Virus record (IMG/VR): IMGVR_UViG_3300047160_000628 | Coordinates: 1-37,623 of that record | DNA: 37,623 nt | Strand: one strand, 5' to 3' | DNA from: a virus | Shown: positions 7,602 through 15,465 of the stretch, piece by piece | Numbering within the stretch: the first letter of the stretch is position 1 | How the letters are laid out: each line of letters begins with the position of its first letter | Made by a program: the position numbers and the translations under genes | The notes under the pieces: generated by a model | Seen by the model: the letters and a program-made list of their open reading frames with translations, nothing else | Databases searched by the model: none | What the model was told of the DNA's origin: nothing

Positions 7602-7814
7602 TCAGCGGGACCGGGCACTGCGCTCGCGTGCCCGCAGCAGGGTGTACACGCGATCCCGTGCCGCATCCAGTGCTGGCCAATCAGACTCGGGCACGAGCCA
7701 GCGGACCTGCACGCGGGCGTCCGTGACCACGAGGCCATCAGCCGTCCACCGGGTGGTGGCGCCATCGCGCTCGATGTACCACGCGAGCTGCTCGAGTGTC
7801 GCTGTCATCCCCAT
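7602..7814 (-). CDS. Hypothetical protein (70 aa)
   Basis: Track ORF. AGGAG lies 7 nt upstream of the ATG at 7814. Confidence 0.55.
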   Translation of the reverse strand: MGMTATLEQLAWYIERDGATTRWTADGLVVTDARVQVRWLVPESDWPALDAARDRVYTLLRARERSARSR

Positions 7815-7902
7815 CTGTCATCTCCTATCGCTGCCGGGCGTCGCTGCCCGCTGAGCGAACACTAGCGCCTCGTCAGCGGGCGTCAAGCACATTCTTAGTA
7901 CG
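7815..7902 (-). promoter_or_regulatory. Early-region regulatory cassette 4
   Basis: In minus sense: TTGACG (7886..7881), 16 nt, TAGTGT (7864..7859). The inverted repeat is cccgctga (7847..7854) / tcagcggg (7873..7880), with an inner GCG/CGC stem and the loop holding TAGTGTT. This is followed by CAGCGAC-gcccgg-CAGCGATAGGAGATGAC. Confidence 0.5.
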
Positions 7903-8340
7903 TCAGTCCCACCCGGCGTGACCACAGTAGTACAGGTCCCAGCCCCGATCACCACGGGGCGTGTAGGGGTGCCCGTCCCGGCGCAGCCGTCGCCCGGTGT
8001 GCGGGTGAATGTCCGCGTGCGTGTAGTCCACCATGCCACAGGTGGCGCACATGGCGGCAGACGCTGATCCGGGACCGCAGTACTCGAAGAAGGCGAGGCC
8101 CAGACTGGACGGGCGCTCGTCAGTGCCGTGGCAGCGGGCCACGCGCCCGGTCAGGTCCACCGGGCGGCTGATCAGGCACGCCCCGCTGTCGATCCCGAAG
8201 TCCATCGGGCAGGCCGGGTGATCGACCCCCAGCCCGTGGTGGTCCTGATGGTGGATCGCTGCCGGGGTGTGCCCGCAGCGCATCAGGGGTCGTGTAGACT
8301 GCTGATCCGGGATCGGTCCGGGCAGTTGATGCGTAGTCAT
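7903..8340 (-). CDS. Cys/His-rich hypothetical protein (145 aa), probably metal-binding
   Basis: Track ORF with an ATGA overlap to the upstream gene. It has 8 Cys and 12 His, including RCGHTP, HPACP, RCHGTDE, MCATCG and YYCGH. I do not recognise the family. Confidence 0.5.
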   Translation of the reverse strand: MTTHQLPGPIPDQQSTRPLMRCGHTPAAIHHQDHHGLGVDHPACPMDFGIDSGACLISRPVDLTGRVARCHGTDERPSSLGLAFFEYCGPGSASAAMCATCGMVDYTHADIHPHTGRRLRRDGHPYTPRGDRGWDLYYCGHAGWD

Positions 8341-8543
8341 CTCCGCTCCTGTCTAATGCCCTGTCGCTGGGGCGGGACCGATCCCGATACCTCCACGGGA
8401 TCGTAGCCCAGCGTCCTGAGCGATGCCCGGCAGGATGGGCACAGGACCCGGACCCCCACCATGAATAGGCGGCAGGCGGTCATGCCTGCGCGCTGATCGT
8501 GGCAGTGGGCGCACCGGGTACTGGATGCCGTGGTCGCTGTCAT
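8337..8543 (-). CDS. Small zinc-ribbon-like protein (68 aa)
   Basis: Track ORF. The Cys pattern is RCAHCH, 20 residues, then LCPSCR. It is the first gene after the late-operon terminator region. Confidence 0.5.
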   Translation of the reverse strand: MTATTASSTRCAHCHDQRAGMTACRLFMVGVRVLCPSCRASLRTLGYDPVEVSGSVPPQRQGIRQERR

Positions 8544-8572
8544 GGCCCGGACAGGCTACAGCCCCTGATAGC

Positions 8573-8598
8573 GCCCCTGCAAGTGGTACGTCAGGGGC
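8573..8598 (-). terminator. Hairpin downstream of the tail fibre gene; candidate end of the late transcript
   Basis: gcccctg (8573..8579) pairs with caggggc (8592..8598). It lies in the 72-nt gap between the last structural gene and the first early gene. Confidence 0.35.
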
Positions 8599-8615
8599 AG
8601 GACCCTGAGCCCGAC

Positions 8616-9560
8616 TCAGACCTTGATCTGGCGAATGTAGCCTGCCACGTAGTCAGACCCGGCTGCTCCGGCCCCCACCACAGCCGAGGAGCCCGAGGCG
8701 TTCCATGCCCTGATGCTGTACGTGTGGCTGGCATTGCTGGGCGTCCGCCGCAGTCGCCCGAAGCCGCCTATGTCCATTCCGCCGCTTACACTGGCAGGCA
8801 CCCGGCACGCTTGGATGTAGCCGAGGATCGTGCTGCCCTCGTTGATCTGGATGACGAGGTTATTGCCTGCCGTCGTGCCTGACTGGAGATAGGGCGCATA
8901 GAACTCAATCCAGATCTCGGTGCTGCCGTCGTAACTGACCGCATTGGCGGTCACGACCGTATTCGCAGTTGCGTCGCTGGTGGCAGTGATCGTGACCGCT
9001 GCCGTGTAGTCCACACGGTCGAACTGGTAGCCCGGTGGCCATGCCCATGCCGGGGTGCCACTGGCCAGCACCAGCCCCATGCCATTGGTCGCTGCCGCAA
9101 GACGGGCAGGCGTACCGCTGGCCCCGCCGACGATGATGTCACCCGCCGTAGTCATGGGATTGGTGAGTGACGCTCCGCCCAGATCAGGGTTGTACAGGTA
9201 CGCACTGGGCGTCGTACCGCCTGTCAGAAAGACCATGCACGTCCCGGATGCACGGCTGGCGCCTGCGTCCGTCGCCTGCTTGGCCACCGTGTAGGTGGCG
9301 CCATAGTGCAGGCGCGTCACGCTAGCATTCACATTCACCAGCGGGGCGTACCCATCCAGCAGCACGGGACCCACTGCGTTATTCGCGATGGATGCCATGG
9401 CGACGCCCACGATGTGGGTGTCTGACGCTGTGGTCGTGGTCGTGAAGGCCTCGTCATTCGCGCTGTTGATGACCACCACATCACCAGCAGCGACCGACCC
9501 GCCAGACTTGTTGGTCAGGGGCAGGATCACCTGACGCCCGAAGGTATTCACAGCCGTCAT
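8616..9560 (-). CDS. Tail fibre / receptor-binding minor tail protein
   Basis: Track ORF and the last gene of the tail module. The motif NPMTTAGDIIVGGASGTPARLAAATNGMGLVL is a widespread tail-fibre signature. Confidence 0.65.
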   Translation of the reverse strand: MTAVNTFGRQVILPLTNKSGGSVAAGDVVVINSANDEAFTTTTTASDTHIVGVAMASIANNAVGPVLLDGYAPLVNVNASVTRLHYGATYTVAKQATDAGASRASGTCMVFLTGGTTPSAYLYNPDLGGASLTNPMTTAGDIIVGGASGTPARLAAATNGMGLVLASGTPAWAWPPGYQFDRVDYTAAVTITATSDATANTVVTANAVSYDGSTEIWIEFYAPYLQSGTTAGNNLVIQINEGSTILGYIQACRVPASVSGGMDIGGFGRLRRTPSNASHTYSIRAWNASGSSAVVGAGAAGSDYVAGYIRQIKV

Positions 9561-9570
9561 TGCCGGTTCC

Positions 9571-10305
9571 TCACACCTGCGCCACGATGTCCACCACGAT
9601 GTTATTCGTCCCGGACGCAGGCGCGGACCCGAACGTCAGGACATCGAGGAAGGTACCGGATAGCGCCCAGTCCTGTGACCTGCTACCCGCCACGTAGACG
9701 CTGATGGACATGGCATCGAGGGGCGCCACCGGCAGATAGAAGACGGTGGTGGACCCGTCGCCATTGAAGCAGTTGTTGTCCACGTGGACGTGGGCAGTGG
9801 CTGCCGCTGCCGGGGGATCGCCCGGCACCCACGCTGTGCCATTCCACGTCAGGACCGCGCCTGTCACGGCACCTGTCAGCGTGCCCAGCGCCGTCCCGTT
9901 GATCTTCGCCACCACGGGACTGGTCCCAGACCCTGACAGGTCCCCGCCCCACGTGACATGAAGTCCAGTGACCGTAGGGCTGGTCCCAGACCCCGACAGA
10001 TCGCCCGCCCACGTGACGTGCAGCCCTGTGACCGTGGGATTGGGGTAGGTCCCGCCCAGATCGCCACCGGCAGGACCCGTGGGTGACGTGGACGGTGGCG
10101 CCACGAAGTCCCACGTGCCCGTGCCCGCGTTGTACTGGATCAGGTTCCCATTGGCCTCGGTGCCGGGCGCGGTCAGGGGCTTGCCGTCAATGCCCACGAC
10201 CTGTGGCGACGGCAGCCCGCCCCCCAGATCGCCACCGACAGGACCTGATGATCCCCCAGCCGGACCGGGCGCTGTGACATTCGGGGCGAAGCGCGTGGTC
10301 TTCAT
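9571..10305 (-). CDS. Glycine-rich minor tail protein with repeated GGDL(G/S)G...P.V motifs
   Basis: Track ORF 9571..10326. ATG at 10305 (MKTTRFAPNV) gives an ATGA overlap with the upstream stop. The GGDLGGTYPNPTV-type motif occurs four times, as in actinophage minor tail proteins. Confidence 0.65.
   Translation of the reverse strand: MKTTRFAPNVTAPGPAGGSSGPVGGDLGGGLPSPQVVGIDGKPLTAPGTEANGNLIQYNAGTGTWDFVAPPSTSPTGPAGGDLGGTYPNPTVTGLHVTWAGDLSGSGTSPTVTGLHVTWGGDLSGSGTSPVVAKINGTALGTLTGAVTGAVLTWNGTAWVPGDPPAAAATAHVHVDNNCFNGDGSTTVFYLPVAPLDAMSISVYVAGSRSQDWALSGTFLDVLTFGSAPASGTNNIVVDIVAQV
9921..10040. repeat. Imperfect 60-bp tandem duplication inside the minor tail gene
   Basis: Units 9921..9980 and 9981..10040 are roughly three-quarters identical by eye. 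They encode VTGLHVTWAGDLSGSGTSPT and VTGLHVTWGGDLSGSGTSPV. Confidence 0.8.
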
Positions 10306-12497
10306 GCGCTGATGTTCCCCGGCCATGGGATGTCAGCCACCGGGCGATGCAGGTCCGGGATCGCCACTGCGACGCAGGCGGGGTACAGGTAGTTCGACCA
10401 GTTCGGGACCTGACCGGGAAAGCCGGGTACGGTGTTGTTCATGTCATAGTGGCCCATGTGGAAGGTGATCGCGGTCCCGGTGGGTGACTGCGCGAGGTAC
10501 TGGAAGGGCGGGCTCCAGTGTCCGCCTACGCAACCGAACGAGTACAGGAGGGCCTCGACCCCATTCCATCGGTTGACGCCATAGCGTCCATTCACGTCTG
10601 ACACGCCATTGCCATTGCAGGTATAGCCGTCGTACTGGCCGGTGTTCGGAATGGCCCGCAGCACGTCACCATTGCCCGGTGTGATGATCGGGGTCATTGC
10701 CCAGTCAGGGCATCCGCCGATGACCGCCATTCCCAGCACCCAGCCGGGCAGGTCGCTGCCGATGGTGACATCGAGGTGGGATGGGGCAGGTGGACCGGGA
10801 TTGGCCCACGACCCGATGCCGCTGGGATCGTACTGGGCACTGGTGTGATGAGTGGGCGCCGTATGGGTGGCGAACTCCCACAGCCACCCCGTCGTCTTCT
10901 GCGTTGCGCCCGGACCGTTGGGGATCACCTGTACAGGCTTGACGGTGGTCTCGCCCGGCTGCGCGAAGCGGTACGCTACCCCAGCCCTGACCGGGAAGCC
11001 ATCGGTGCTGCCGTGTGTTGCGTCCGGGATAGGCCAGCGATGGTCAATCTTGTTCCGGTAGTCGAAGGTGCCCACGGTCTCGAGGGTCGTCCACGGGTAG
11101 TTGCTGCCGTCATCCACCGTGTGCAGGATCGGCTCATTCGGGTAGTCCTCATAGCCCAGACTACCGAGGCACGAGTAGAAGAGGATCAGCAGGTTGCCGG
11201 GCGTCGTGACCCGTGGCAGCGTCGGGATCGACCCCCCAGCCGTATTGCCGTACTTGTACGATCCGTCACCCGGCTGCCACGAGTCCTGCCCGCCTGACGG
11301 GGCAGTGGACAGAGGCGTAGCCTCGATCCGAATCTTGTATCGGTCATCCGTCTGCTCGTCCATGATCACGGTCCGCTGCAAGGCACGTACGTACGTCCAG
11401 TCCGTGTACCCCGGCAGATGCGTGAACTTGACCCTGCCCCGCTGGCCTTCCTTCCAGTCATTCACATGGGCTGGCGGGACCTGCACCGTGAAGGTGATCC
11501 GGTCATCCTCGGTGTCATTCTCGGACAGGTAGCGGTCCAGCCGCGCTTCGATCTTCGGGACCGTCTTGAGGTTCCGGGTGTCCACCACGGCATCCCGCCA
11601 CCCGAACTCATACGAGGTTGACGCCTGCTCGCGATATACAGAGTTCGATCCGTTATTCGCAAAGGCGCCCGCGATGACGCGCGATGGGTCACGCACTAGA
11701 ACTGCGTCCTGCCACGGTGCCACGATCCCGGCCCATGTGGATACGGTCGTGCCGTCCCATGGGTTCTCGTCGATGTCATTCGTGACATCCATGGTGCCGT
11801 CATAGACCGCATCGTCATTGAAGCGGTAGAACAGTCCGTAGTCCCCCGGTGATGGTGTGTACGTCCCGGCCTCGTCATAGAAGACGAAGAAGTTCTTGCC
11901 GGACTGCTGGGCGCAGTCATTCAGCACATCAGCAGGTCGCTGCGAGGTGTAGTCGCAGGCGTCCATATCGACTGGCCCGCTGGTCGATACGAGTCCGTCG
12001 AATAATGTGTCGGACAGGAAGGACACCGCCAGCATTGCAGTGACCCGCTGCACATCAGTCTCGGCGGGGCGATTGAAGGAAGTATTGCTGCCATTCGTAT
12101 CCGCGCGGAATATGCGGAAGGACAGGAAGGAATTGATATCCGCGAGCGCCATATCGATGACGCGCGCTGATCCAGTCCGCAGCGACGGACTGACGCCCTG
12201 CGACCCGCGATAGTAGCGCCGGTCCCCGATGTAGTACTCCCCGATCCTTCGGTTCCCGGATGGCGCCAGCGACTCGCTGATGCTGAGTTGCTTGAGCCCC
12301 TTGATCGCATCGCCAGCATTCCCGGCTGACCCAGTGGGATCATCGAAGCGCAGGCTGCTGGTGGCGACAGCGCCCAGTTCGGCCTCGGTGGACAGACCGG
12401 GGATGTCACCTGACCGGACCGCCTGCGTCCCGAGGTTGACGCTGAAGCCCGGATTGCCGGGCGTCGTGGGGCTGTGATAGACGAAGGAGATCGGCAC
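10302..12497 (-). CDS. Large minor tail protein (distal tail / tip complex, 731 aa)
   Basis: Track ORF lying immediately downstream of the tape measure, with no gap. The call rests on size and position; no catalytic motif was recognised. Confidence 0.55.
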   Translation of the reverse strand: MPISFVYHSPTTPGNPGFSVNLGTQAVRSGDIPGLSTEAELGAVATSSLRFDDPTGSAGNAGDAIKGLKQLSISESLAPSGNRRIGEYYIGDRRYYRGSQGVSPSLRTGSARVIDMALADINSFLSFRIFRADTNGSNTSFNRPAETDVQRVTAMLAVSFLSDTLFDGLVSTSGPVDMDACDYTSQRPADVLNDCAQQSGKNFFVFYDEAGTYTPSPGDYGLFYRFNDDAVYDGTMDVTNDIDENPWDGTTVSTWAGIVAPWQDAVLVRDPSRVIAGAFANNGSNSVYREQASTSYEFGWRDAVVDTRNLKTVPKIEARLDRYLSENDTEDDRITFTVQVPPAHVNDWKEGQRGRVKFTHLPGYTDWTYVRALQRTVIMDEQTDDRYKIRIEATPLSTAPSGGQDSWQPGDGSYKYGNTAGGSIPTLPRVTTPGNLLILFYSCLGSLGYEDYPNEPILHTVDDGSNYPWTTLETVGTFDYRNKIDHRWPIPDATHGSTDGFPVRAGVAYRFAQPGETTVKPVQVIPNGPGATQKTTGWLWEFATHTAPTHHTSAQYDPSGIGSWANPGPPAPSHLDVTIGSDLPGWVLGMAVIGGCPDWAMTPIITPGNGDVLRAIPNTGQYDGYTCNGNGVSDVNGRYGVNRWNGVEALLYSFGCVGGHWSPPFQYLAQSPTGTAITFHMGHYDMNNTVPGFPGQVPNWSNYLYPACVAVAIPDLHRPVADIPWPGNISA

Positions 12498-14747
12498 CTA
12501 CTGGGACCCTGCCATGGCCGGGGTCGGACCGTACCGGCCCTGAATGGCATTCGCGTAGTCATTCGACCGGGGCGATACCTGCGAGTTGACCACGATGTGC
12601 ATGGATGTCCCGAAGTGCTGGGGCAGCGGCGGTCCCAGCTTCTGGCCACCACCCGCTGCCGTCGCCTTGCGCGGGGCGGGCGGACCGAGCTTCGGACTGC
12701 CCGGCGTACCGGGTCCGACCTGTGCCGACGATGCAGCCGACGCAGCCGCTGCGGCTGCGGCTGCCGAGGTCGCCCCGGCAATGGCGGTCAGGGCTGCCAC
12801 GACCGACGCGAAGCCACCATTCAGCGACGCCACCACGGCCCCGTTCATGGCACTGATCGCGCCCTGCACGGTCTGCGCTGCACGCCCCGTGGCAGCCACT
12901 GTGGCCTGCCGGTGCTGTGCCAGTGACGTGGTGGTCGCACGGGTGGACTGCTGCTGCTGCTGGACCGTCTGGTGGCCGGTTGTCTTCGTCGCAGTGGTCG
13001 TGTCCTTGACCGCCTTGGTGGTGGGCGTGTCCTTCGGGGTCTTCTGTGCGTCCAGCGCGTCCAGCGCAGCCTGCACCTGATCCCGCTGGGACGTCAGTGC
13101 ATCGATCTGCCCGCCGTACAGGAAGCCCGACAGTGGACCGGCCACATTGGACAGGTTCTGGATGCCGGTATTCAGGGCTGCCAGTGACTGCTCGAGGTTC
13201 GCCCGCGTGGTGGACTTGGCAGCGATCTGCTTGTTGACGCTGGCCCCGATGCTGTCGGTCATCGACTGGAACTGCGGGTCCTGTACCGCGCCCTTCCACA
13301 GGGCTGCGATGGACAGTCCGCCGAAGATCGCACCCCCGAAGCCCAGCACCTTTCCGAGGATGCCGCCACCCCCGCCACCCCCGCCAGCCCCGCCACCGGG
13401 GATGTTGTTGTCCACGATCACGTGCATCGGATTGCCCGGTCCGCCGCGCCCCAGCAATCCACCCCCGCCTGCGACTGTCTTGAGGATGTCCAGCCCGCTG
13501 AACCCAAAGGCGAACTTCAGCACCTTGTTGCCGACCAGCCCACCGATCAGGACCTGCTGGAGCGGACCGGGGATCATGCCCCATGCCTTGGCGAAGGCAC
13601 CACCGATCTGTGCGGCCACATCAGCAACCTGCCGGGCTGTCCCGAGGATGGCCCGGACCGTGCCCGCGATCTGCTGCGCCCCGCCATGGGTCAGGAAGGC
13701 TGTGACATTCTTCTGGAGGTCGGTCAGGATTGGTATCACCTGCGTCCCAATGGCGATCTTCAGACCCTGCATAGCCTCCCCGAAGGCGAGGCTGGCATTC
13801 CGGGCGTTGACCAGATCGCGGGCGGTCGTGGCGGTCAGCGTGACGCCTAGGTCCTTCGCTTCCTGCTCCGCTTCCAGCAGTCCCTTCTTCCCGACGCCCG
13901 CGATGATCGGCATGAGGGCAGCAAACCCGCGCCCGAATAGTTGGGATGTCTCGTACGCGAGCTTGGACTTGTCGCTGGTCTTCTGGTAGGCACTGGCGAT
14001 CTGGGCCAGTGCCGTATTGAAGTCCACCACATGACCCTTGGTGTCAATCAGCGACAGTCCGTACTTCTGATCGAGTGACTGTAACTTGGTCAGTGCCCCG
14101 GCATGTCCGGTCAGTGCTGCTGCCGCCAGCTTGTCCCGCGCGGTCTGCTCGCTGATCTGCTTGTTGATCGCAGACAGCGCCTTGCCGGTTCTACCAGCCG
14201 CCTCCAGTCGCAGTTTCTCCGTCTCGAGTGCCAGCAGCGCGGCGGACTTCCCGGCCTTGGCCCCAGTGACCGTGGCTTCATTCAGTTTCCCGACGGTCTT
14301 CTCGTAGAACCCGGCCACCTGTGTGAGTTTGTTATACGAGATACCATACTTCTCAGCGATGGCCAGCAGGGCGGATGCCGTCTCCATCGAGCCGCCTGTC
14401 AACTGCTGGAGCTTGATGGTGGCATTCCCCAGTTCGTACGTGGACTTCACAGCGTCATCGAGGAACTTGGTCAGCCCGAAGCCAGCAGCGCCCAGACCGA
14501 TCATCCCCAGTGGCCCGCTGATGAGATCGGTCAGCGCGTGCTTGGCATGTGACAGTCCACCTGCCAGCGTCACGGCATGGCCACCGGCCTTGTGCATGGA
14601 CTCGCCTGCCACGGCCACGGACGATGCCGTCCGGTTCGTCGTGGCATTCAGGGCGGACATCTCGCCCTCGGCCTCGCGTGCCGGTCCACCCATCTGATTA
14701 TTCATCTTCAGATTGGCGACCAGTTCGGCGGTCTCGGCTATGGGCAC
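12498..14747 (-). CDS. Tail tape measure protein
   Basis: A 749-aa ORF directly after the chaperone frameshift pair, starting at GTG 14747. It is Ala/Gly/Gln-rich with helical segments and contains the Gly run GGGAGGGGGGGG. Confidence 0.8.
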   Translation of the reverse strand: MPIAETAELVANLKMNNQMGGPAREAEGEMSALNATTNRTASSVAVAGESMHKAGGHAVTLAGGLSHAKHALTDLISGPLGMIGLGAAGFGLTKFLDDAVKSTYELGNATIKLQQLTGGSMETASALLAIAEKYGISYNKLTQVAGFYEKTVGKLNEATVTGAKAGKSAALLALETEKLRLEAAGRTGKALSAINKQISEQTARDKLAAAALTGHAGALTKLQSLDQKYGLSLIDTKGHVVDFNTALAQIASAYQKTSDKSKLAYETSQLFGRGFAALMPIIAGVGKKGLLEAEQEAKDLGVTLTATTARDLVNARNASLAFGEAMQGLKIAIGTQVIPILTDLQKNVTAFLTHGGAQQIAGTVRAILGTARQVADVAAQIGGAFAKAWGMIPGPLQQVLIGGLVGNKVLKFAFGFSGLDILKTVAGGGGLLGRGGPGNPMHVIVDNNIPGGGAGGGGGGGGILGKVLGFGGAIFGGLSIAALWKGAVQDPQFQSMTDSIGASVNKQIAAKSTTRANLEQSLAALNTGIQNLSNVAGPLSGFLYGGQIDALTSQRDQVQAALDALDAQKTPKDTPTTKAVKDTTTATKTTGHQTVQQQQQSTRATTTSLAQHRQATVAATGRAAQTVQGAISAMNGAVVASLNGGFASVVAALTAIAGATSAAAAAAAASAASSAQVGPGTPGSPKLGPPAPRKATAAGGGQKLGPPLPQHFGTSMHIVVNSQVSPRSNDYANAIQGRYGPTPAMAGSQ

Positions 14748-14800
14748 AGGTGGACCCCTAGGATGGGTTGTCTGCGACGATCAGGCGGCAGGCTGCATCA

Positions 14801-15465
14801 TCAGCCACCCCGGCCACGTGCTGCCGCCTGTGCCAGTCCTGCGGCCAGACTGTCCTCGAGGGCACGGGCACGCAGCAGGTCCTCACGGGACTGCGCCCCG
14901 ATGCGCTCCTCGGCAGCCACCTGCATCGATAACTTGGCCTCGCGCCACGTCAGGACACCGGGGCCACGGATGACATCCCAGCCGTACCGTTCCGCGAGGA
15001 TCGCCTCGACCGCCTCGGGCGCCGTGGCCCAGACCGCAGGCTCGCTGATGTCGATACGGCCATCGGCCCAGCCTGCAATAATGTCGATGGCCGGGCCAGT
15101 AAAGGGCTGAGCAGATCGTCGCTGTACTGCTCGTCACAGGCATCCGCCAGCGCCAGTCCGCCCTTCTGCCACGGCACCAGCCGCTCGAGATTGTCGCGGG
15201 TGATCGGCACCGGGCGGATGCCCCCCGTCCCATCCGACTCGAGGAAGGACCACGACCGGATCACGGTGGGCAGGTATGACCGGATCAGGGCGGCTTGGAT
15301 CAGTGCGGGCTCGCTGTCCACGAGTCGGATCGCTGCCAGCGCGCCCGCTGCCATCGGCAGGTCCAGCGCCGGGATGATGCGCACCTCCTCGACGGCATGG
15401 GGCGATCCGGGGCAGGGGCAGTCCCCCGCCCGGATCGGGACCGTGACCAGATCGTCTGCCATCAC
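14801..15465 (-). CDS. Tail assembly chaperone -1 frameshift fusion (G-T analogue)
   Basis: The -1 frame stays open for about 100 codons from the heptamer to TGA at 14803..14801. It is GC3-rich (…AIDIIAGWADGRIDISEPAVWATAPEAVEAILAERYGWDVIRGPGVLTWREAKLSMQVAAEERIGAQSREDLLRARALEDSLAAGLAQAAARGRGG). It has no usable start codon until 41 codons before its stop. Confidence 0.6.
14950..15465 (-). CDS. Tail assembly chaperone (zero-frame product, G analogue)
   Basis: Track ORF between the major tail and tape measure genes, with an ATGA overlap to the major tail stop. It contains the slippery heptamer at 15106..15100. The zero-frame tail after that site is Arg/Ser-rich. Confidence 0.65.
   Translation of the reverse strand: MMADDLVTVPIRAGDCPCPGSPHAVEEVRIIPALDLPMAAGALAAIRLVDSEPALIQAALIRSYLPTVIRSWSFLESDGTGGIRPVPITRDNLERLVPWQKGGLALADACDEQYSDDLLSPLLARPSTLLQAGPMAVSTSASLRSGPRRPRRSRRSSRNGTAGMSSVAPVS
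15100..15106 (-). promoter_or_regulatory. Programmed -1 ribosomal frameshift slippery heptamer C CCT TTA
   Basis: Minus-sense CCCTTTA sits in the X_XXY_YYZ phase of the chaperone frame (codons AGC CCT TTA), at the canonical position between the major tail and tape measure genes. Confidence 0.6.

Noticed and set aside
4587-7902. Whether the repeated intergenic cassettes could be a CRISPR array or MITE-like mobile elements.
   Set aside because: The units are separated by whole genes of irregular length. They always sit directly in front of a start codon in one orientation, and they have no terminal inverted repeats or target-site duplications.
13362-13400. The ccgccaccc-type C-rich run (encoding a Gly run in the tape measure) as a slippage-prone phase-variation tract.
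   Set aside because: The repeat is imperfect, with interruptions every few bases. It sits in frame within a Gly-rich segment that is common in tape measure proteins.
12559-13584. A 341-aa minus-strand ORF inside the tape measure region.
   Set aside because: It is out of frame with the 749-aa tape measure ORF that spans the whole interval. Its composition (Arg/Gly/Trp/His-rich) looks off-frame.
14883-15233. A 116-aa minus-strand ORF overlapping the chaperone frameshift region.
   Set aside because: This is a third frame with Arg/Cys/Trp-rich composition. The other two frames are explained by the G and G-T products.
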